Part shown: positions 58,567-64,000 of the stretch, in pieces
Layout: the number at the start of each line of letters is the position of its first letter
How positions within the stretch are numbered: position 1 is the stretch's first letter
DNA from: Candidatus Omnitrophota bacterium
GTDB taxonomy: Bacteria > Omnitrophota > Gorgyraeia > Gorgyraeales > Gorgyraeaceae
Assembly: GCA_042572045.1 (NCBI GenBank)
Contig: JBHPFI010000001.1
Span: forward strand, 47,818-111,817
Reading direction: 5' to 3'
Length of the DNA: 64,000 nt
Made by a program: the position numbers and the translations under genes
The notes under the pieces: model-generated
The model's database searches: none
Told to the model about the DNA's origin: nothing
What the model saw: only the letters and a program-made list of their open reading frames with translations

Positions 58567-58733
58567 GTCCCGTGTTTGAAGGGGGAACCTGGACAATAAA
58601 AAAGTAAAACCTTCGCGAGAGAAATCTTGTGAGGGTTTTTATATTTTAGGCCCTTAAAGTCGTACGTTCGAAGGGGCTCACTGCGACTCAAAACAATTAA
58701 AACCTTCTTTGTTAAACCAACAAAGGAGGCTTT
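58567..58733 (+). ncRNA. Candidate tandem cis-regulatory RNA (two hairpin/pseudoknot units, each followed by a competing hairpin)
   Basis: Two units: stem-(GTTYGAAGGGG)-stem, A-rich linker, TAAAACCTTC; unit 1 leads into a terminator, unit 2 into an SD-sequestering hairpin. Confidence 0.55.
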
Positions 58734-58734
58734 A

Positions 58735-58836
58735 ATGTTTATAGTTAGGGTTTTGAGGGTGGTTTTGGTAGTAATTATTTTCTTAATGGCCTATCTTCCT
58801 ATCTCTATAAATCCTGGAATATTCGCAAATTGGTGA
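58735..58836 (+). CDS. 33-aa hydrophobic peptide or truncated gene remnant (absent from ORF track)
   Basis: AAGGAGG SD; MFIVRVLRVVLVVIIFLMAYLPISINPGIFANW; 3' part overlaps trailer repeat. Confidence 0.4.
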   Translation: MFIVRVLRVVLVVIIFLMAYLPISINPGIFANW

Positions 58837-58880
58837 TTCTTGGCACTTATTGACTATTTCGAAGGGGAAGGGTAGAATGA
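58800..58880 (+). repeat. Third copy of giant-gene trailer/promoter
   Basis: ATCTCTATAAATCCTGGAATATT...CTTATTGACTATTT-GAAGG...GTAGAAT, similar to 32643-32722 and 48704-48781. Confidence 0.7.
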
Positions 58881-58905
58881 ATGCGATAGGAGGAAAGGAC
58901 GCAAG

Positions 58906-59322
58906 ATGAAGAAAATATTAGTAATTTTGCTGTTATTGATTCTTACTCCTTGTATAGTTTATTTTGCTACATCTGACATAACTCATAGCACTGTTTTGGC
59001 AGAAGAGTTAGAAGAGTTAGAGTTGTTACGTTTAAAAGAATATAAGAAAGATAGTTTTGAAATCGCAGAAGGTCGAGTTAAGAATGTAACGGATACTCTT
59101 CTTAAAGATATTATAGCAGTCGTACAATGGTATAACGAAAAAGGCAAGCCCATTGCTAGCGACAAGGCCGCTGTAGAGTTTAATCCTATTTTGCCTGGGC
59201 AAGTTTCTCCTTTTAAAGTTATGACACCTTATAATCCTGATATGCAGGACTATTCGATTTCATTTGAGACTTTAAAGGAGGAAGCGGTTAGGCATAGAGA
59301 TATGAAGGAGGTTGCTGAATGA
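58906..59322 (+). CDS. FxLYD-like domain exported protein
   Basis: Signal peptide; EGRVKN, VQWYNEKG, ILPGQVSPFKV. Confidence 0.78.
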   Translation: MKKILVILLLLILTPCIVYFATSDITHSTVLAEELEELELLRLKEYKKDSFEIAEGRVKNVTDTLLKDIIAVVQWYNEKGKPIASDKAAVEFNPILPGQVSPFKVMTPYNPDMQDYSISFETLKEEAVRHRDMKEVAE

Positions 59323-59343
59323 AAAAGCGCGCCAGAACATTAT

Positions 59344-59463
59344 TTGAAAGATAGCGTTTTCTATGGTATAATATAACATAGATAGCAGGAATATCTAGGG
59401 CACATTGTATATTACATAGCGATTAACTAAGCCGTTAAGAAGGGCTATTTTTTTACCTACATT
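59344..59463 (+). promoter_or_regulatory. Promoter and conserved SD-less leader of family gene 3
   Basis: TTGAAA-17-TATAAT (extended TG), leader ending GGCTATTTTTTACCTACATT-ATG. Confidence 0.78.
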
Positions 59464-62400
59464 ATGATAAACTTTAAAAAACTTTTCACTTTAAAGATTA
59501 TATCAGTAATAGTAAGCATAGCATTCTTATGTAATGCCAGTCTATATGCCCATCCTGAATCAAAAAATACTTTAAGAATATCTGTTGGAGAGCAGCGTAC
59601 ATTTGATCGCATTGACGACACAATGCATCAAATGGTGATAGATGAGCCTCTTGCTGAGGCTGCTAAGGAAGCAGGCACCCCCCGTCTAAATCCTTTATAT
59701 TTATCTAATCTTAGTCCAGAGATAAGCGAAATATTGACTTTACTTAGACAAACTGGTTTAGGTAATTTCGCTGAAGCACTTAAGAGGCTTTGTGATGAAG
59801 AAAGAGTCCAACGTTTTAGTCCTGGAAGAGGCGAATGGATTGGGATATATGGTCATGCATCTGATGAGCGGATAACTGTTAAAGCTGGGCTTGAAGCAGC
59901 TAGAGAAGGGGCAGTCTTAGGTCATGAATTATTGGATTGGTTTAATGTGCAGGTTGATAGCGTGGAAGAACTATCAACTTGGATTGAAGTAAATGAAAAT
60001 ACCCCAAGGCATCTTGGTCCAGCATTTGAAGTAGCTTTAAATAGAACTCTTTCCGGAGACACTGATGTATTAACAAGATTTGTTGAAGACTTCAGAAGAT
60101 ATTTAGAACCCATCAATGTAGCTACAAGACTTTCTGAGCAACCTAACTTATTAAAAGAGACAGCAGAAACAGAAGAAAGGCATTATACTTCAGTACCGTA
60201 TTCATCGCTGAGTATGGAGCAACGCTTTAAAGAAGCCATGGGCAGCAGATACGAAAATATTAGAAATTTTCGTATAGACATGAGAACGGGTAGATATGTA
60301 TTTGAAAAAGCATTAAACAAAAAACCTGATGTCTGGATAACTTATTATTACGAGAACGCGGTCCCTGTGGATCTGGACGGAAGTATTGATGACCTTCTGG
60401 CATTATATGAAGAAAGCGTTCAGGAGGACGAAAGCAATGTTGATATAAGATATTTGATATTCAAACGAATCGCGAAATTCAGGGATAGGGCGTCTCATCT
60501 GGAAGGGGTATTAAAAAATATAATGGATACAGAAACATCAGATAGGGTTCTGGATGAAATACGGGTCGCAATAAATATTGTATCAGGTAGGGCTATTGAC
60601 GGGGGTAAGCGTTTAAGAGTAGCGTATGCCAGCTACGAGATTTCCCCGTTTGTCGGAAAAGGTGGCATAAAAGACGTAATACAACAACTTCCTCGCACTT
60701 TACATAATAAGCGCGGGCATGAAGCTAGCGTTTTTATCCCTTACTGGGAGGAGATCTTAGATAAGTCAGTAGAGGGAAATGATGCAGAAATCAGGATAGA
60801 AGAGGTTGGGGTTTTTGAGTTGCACGGCGAAAGAGTAGAGATATACACCCTTCTTATGCGCAATGAACTTACGGGCGACTTTGAGCCAATAGACGGAGTG
60901 CCTATATATTTATTAAAATGTGCCAGATATTTTTCAACTGAAGATGGAGATATATACAGGCAGGCGTTGGATAGAAAAATAGCTTCGCATCGTATAAGCC
61001 CTAAAAACGCAGAGACTGCCATATTTTTCTCAAAGGCCGTACTGGAGGCAATGAAGCAAATGGGATTAAGGCCTGATATTATCAATACAGCTGACTGGCA
61101 AACAGCCCATATAGCTACATTATTAAGAAAATCAAAAAATCCCGAGTTATACAGTTTTTTCAAAAGTACAAAGACCTTGCATACTATCCATAATATAGGC
61201 CCAAAAGGTCTTATTGCGGCGTCTCCTTATGCGCCTGAAGGCAGTGATGAGAGGGATATGTGGGATTTTATGGGGATCAGCGATGATGCGTACCAGCCGC
61301 CTGATCAGAATGGAGTTGAGTTTTACGGTAGCGCATCTTTGCAAAAAGGAGGGATTGTTTTTGCGGATATGGTAAGTACAGTAGGGATAAGCTATGCGTC
61401 TGAGCTCAAGACAACAGAATTCGGCTCAGGATTTGAGGGTATCAATAGGGTTGCAGGGGTAATAGGGGTACCTAATGGCATAGCATTAAGGGAATGGAAT
61501 CCAGCTAGCAGCTTCTCTATAGAACGTAATTTCAAGAATGATCCTTCGGAACAAGACAGGCAATTGAGTGTTTTGGATGCAAAGGAAGGCAAAAGAGAGA
61601 ACAAAAAAGCAATGACAGCGATGGTAAACGACAACAGAGAAAGGAATAGGGCTACAACCCTAAGAGAATTTACATGCGATGAAGATACTCAGGTTTTTTG
61701 TTTTTTAGGTAGATTTGACGCTCAAAAGGGGTTAGACGTATTATTATCTGTATTAGAAAATGAGCATGAAATAAAAGGTCTCCTTGAGAGCGGGAAGATA
61801 AAGATGATTTTCGCAGGCACAGGGAATCCTGAATATATGCAAAGGGTCAAGAAACTCGAGGAGCTATATCCTGAAAGCGTTGCGTATCTGGGCTGGGTCA
61901 ATGAGGGCACTGCTAAGCAGTTATTTGCTGGAGCTGATGTCAATATCATGCCTTCCATATTCGAACCAAAGGGCATAGTCCAGATGCAGGCTGCTCGGTT
62001 CGGAGCCATAAATCTTGTAAATAAGGTAGGCGGTTTAAGGGACGACATAATAGATTTTTCGGAAGAAGAGGGCGGGAATGGCTATGTCGTAGATTTTGCC
62101 AATTGTAGCAAAGAAGAAGCAGCTAGGTTGCTGCGCAATCAAATGCTTCGGGTAATGTGGGATTTTGGCAATAAGGCAATCTGGGATGCCCAGGTCAGAG
62201 AGGTTTTGGCTGATTCTGCAAAATTCGGATGGGACCTTTCCTGCTTGAAATATGAACTACTCTTTAACGCATCAACAGGAAACTATTATGATCTATTTAC
62301 AAGGCATTTGGTTGATCATATTGACGAGATAACTGGCGCATCTTTTGAAAGGATAATGACAGAAATAGGCAAAGCTTATCTGGCTAGAACAAGGGTATTT

Positions 62401-63312
62401 GATCCTTTAACAGGGACAGTGATGTTGACAGGAGCTGACGCAAAAGAATTTTTGCTTAGGTCAAAACAGTTCTATCACGAAACAACTGTATGTAATCTTG
62501 ATCCGAATCCTATGACAGTAGAGATTGACGAAACCTCGGTAACCCTTGATGATATAGGTGTCGTAGCGATAAAGCCTGGGTCCAGTTTATTGTTTAGAGA
62601 AATAAAAGGCGAGGTAGTGGTAATAATAACACAAAATCCAGAAGCAGTCAGTAGCTGGTATGCTCCTTACGACGAATCTCACGATTTATTTAAAGATAAA
62701 GGCTATAATGAGTCAGGGGTAATTTCCCCGCCTGAATGGTGGCAAAAAGGAGTCACTGTGATAGAGCATGAGTCCAGGGTTAACCAATGGACCTCCGAGC
62801 AGGAGCAGGAATGGCTTATTGATTCCATGACCTTTGGGTCCAATCTCCCAGGGATTTCTATGGTGAGATATTCTACAGATACGGGTGAGGCATGGGTCGA
62901 TTTTAGGGAAATAAGGCCAAGTGAGGACTATCATAGTCATCCAAATAAACCAGAAGGACAAGCAAACTTTATAGAAGTTTATTATATAGTTGAAGGTATG
63001 GCAACATTGCTATATGAAGAAGAAGGGGTGGTAAAAGTAACTGAGTTAGGCCCAGGAGGTATGTGGATAGCAAAAGACGAGGTCCCGCATACAATATTGG
63101 CATTTAAAGGCCCATATAAACATCTGGCGATACAAGTACCAAGTGTATTCCAATATGGGTTTAGATTCAAGGAGATTGTGGAACCGCCCCAGCCAGGTAT
63201 GGAGGAAATGTTAATGCAAACCCAGGAAGCAGACACAGGTATTTTAGAACTGCCCCCGCCAAGCATAGAGGAAATATTTATGCAAAACCAGGAAGTAAGC
63301 AGAGGGGTATAG
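59464..63312 (+). CDS. Family protein 3 (1282 aa): signal peptide, HE module, glycogen-synthase (GT5)-like domain, cupin
   Basis: MINFKKLF start; EISPFVGKGGIKDV, ADWQTA, TIHNI, GRFDAQKG, MPSIFEPKG; cupin HSHP...EVYYIVEG...PH. Confidence 0.88.
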   Translation: MINFKKLFTLKIISVIVSIAFLCNASLYAHPESKNTLRISVGEQRTFDRIDDTMHQMVIDEPLAEAAKEAGTPRLNPLYLSNLSPEISEILTLLRQTGLGNFAEALKRLCDEERVQRFSPGRGEWIGIYGHASDERITVKAGLEAAREGAVLGHELLDWFNVQVDSVEELSTWIEVNENTPRHLGPAFEVALNRTLSGDTDVLTRFVEDFRRYLEPINVATRLSEQPNLLKETAETEERHYTSVPYSSLSMEQRFKEAMGSRYENIRNFRIDMRTGRYVFEKALNKKPDVWITYYYENAVPVDLDGSIDDLLALYEESVQEDESNVDIRYLIFKRIAKFRDRASHLEGVLKNIMDTETSDRVLDEIRVAINIVSGRAIDGGKRLRVAYASYEISPFVGKGGIKDVIQQLPRTLHNKRGHEASVFIPYWEEILDKSVEGNDAEIRIEEVGVFELHGERVEIYTLLMRNELTGDFEPIDGVPIYLLKCARYFSTEDGDIYRQALDRKIASHRISPKNAETAIFFSKAVLEAMKQMGLRPDIINTADWQTAHIATLLRKSKNPELYSFFKSTKTLHTIHNIGPKGLIAASPYAPEGSDERDMWDFMGISDDAYQPPDQNGVEFYGSASLQKGGIVFADMVSTVGISYASELKTTEFGSGFEGINRVAGVIGVPNGIALREWNPASSFSIERNFKNDPSEQDRQLSVLDAKEGKRENKKAMTAMVNDNRERNRATTLREFTCDEDTQVFCFLGRFDAQKGLDVLLSVLENEHEIKGLLESGKIKMIFAGTGNPEYMQRVKKLEELYPESVAYLGWVNEGTAKQLFAGADVNIMPSIFEPKGIVQMQAARFGAINLVNKVGGLRDDIIDFSEEEGGNGYVVDFANCSKEEAARLLRNQMLRVMWDFGNKAIWDAQVREVLADSAKFGWDLSCLKYELLFNASTGNYYDLFTRHLVDHIDEITGASFERIMTEIGKAYLARTRVFDPLTGTVMLTGADAKEFLLRSKQFYHETTVCNLDPNPMTVEIDETSVTLDDIGVVAIKPGSSLLFREIKGEVVVIITQNPEAVSSWYAPYDESHDLFKDKGYNESGVISPPEWWQKGVTVIEHESRVNQWTSEQEQEWLIDSMTFGSNLPGISMVRYSTDTGEAWVDFREIRPSEDYHSHPNKPEGQANFIEVYYIVEGMATLLYEEEGVVKVTELGPGGMWIAKDEVPHTILAFKGPYKHLAIQVPSVFQYGFRFKEIVEPPQPGMEEMLMQTQEADTGILELPPPSIEEIFMQNQEVSRGV

Positions 63313-63368
63313 AGATTCTCATAATATAGCCTTGTGAATAAGCGAGATGTTATTTTTTTGTCAAGATT

Positions 63369-64000
63369 ATGATAAAGTTTAGAAAAGACTATAATTTGAA
63401 GATAATATCGCTAATCGTAAGCATTGTATTTTTCTGCAGTTCCACCCTATATTCCTATCCAAATTCTAAAGATACATTAAGACCACCGCTTTCAACTGCA
63501 GATAGCTCTGTATCTCGTGGAGCAGATGGAGGGTTTATAACAAGAGCACAGCATGTATTAATGCGGCTTTGGCTTGAACACAACGATGCACGGAGAGAGG
63601 AAAATAGAGAAAGAGATTTAGAGAGTCAATGCGCTAAAGAGGGAAGGTTATTGCCGAGAGATATCTTTGGCGTAGATGCTACAGAAGAACCTGTAAAACG
63701 ACAATATATCAAAGATGAACTCGTGCTTAATGGCTTTAAGCCTGAGATATATATTGTTCAAGGCTTAGCAGAAGGAACAGGTGTTAGGGGGCACTGGGCA
63801 TTAAGGGATGGCGTAATATATGTGGATAAAGGTTGGTTTGATTCTGAGGGTGAAAGTTCAATATGGCATGAATTAGATGAACTCATAAGTATAAGAATAG
63901 CTGCTATTAATGAAGGAATGAGCTTTGAAGAAATGGTTAGATGGTTAGACGAAGAAGGTGATTCTACAGAAGTTAAAAGATTATTAGAAGGAGCCCATAA
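63369..64000 (+). CDS. Family protein 4, 3' truncated by window edge (absent from ORF track)
   Basis: MIKFRKDYNLKIISLIVSIVFFCSSTLYSYPNSKDTLR... homologous to gene 3 start; HELDE motif; frame open to the end; T-tract leader. Confidence 0.85.
   Translation, partial: MIKFRKDYNLKIISLIVSIVFFCSSTLYSYPNSKDTLRPPLSTADSSVSRGADGGFITRAQHVLMRLWLEHNDARREENRERDLESQCAKEGRLLPRDIFGVDATEEPVKRQYIKDELVLNGFKPEIYIVQGLAEGTGVRGHWALRDGVIYVDKGWFDSEGESSIWHELDELISIRIAAINEGMSFEEMVRWLDEEGDSTEVKRLLEGAH

Overview
Bacterial genomic window, almost entirely + strand. It is probably from Candidatus Omnitrophota or a related lineage; this is inferred from the giant signal-peptide proteins and gene content, as no marker gene is present. 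Positions 1-17.7 kb hold ordinary metabolic and translation genes (Zn-dehydrogenase, DRE-TIM aldolase, eda, suhB, a DUF885/ATP-grasp/methyltransferase/acyl-CoA ligase cluster, MFS, RF-like GGQ protein, U32, dusB). The dominant feature is a family of four paralogous exported genes starting MI(N/K)F(K/R)K: 3503 aa at 18025, 3375 aa at 38547, 1282 aa at 59464, and a fourth from 63369 that runs off the window. They share an SD-less 5' leader, a signal peptide and an HExx(E/D) module, and the first three share a promoter. The two largest also share a ~240-aa N-terminus, a ~108-aa C-terminus and a repeated wHTH-like cassette. Their middles are unrelated strings of normally cytoplasmic enzyme domains (HAD, GNAT, methyltransferase, ROK-like, REC, HATPase, glycogen synthase, cupin). 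Orphan copies of the 3' end and downstream trailer indicate gene turnover. Also present: a c-di-GMP-I riboswitch controlling a Pro/Glu-rich secreted protein in a direct-repeat-flanked outer-membrane cassette, an unrecognised tandem pseudoknot/terminator leader, two inverted MITE-like elements, a tRNA-Asn 3' remnant and a cupin pseudogene fragment. No rRNA, complete tRNA, CRISPR array or transposase was seen.
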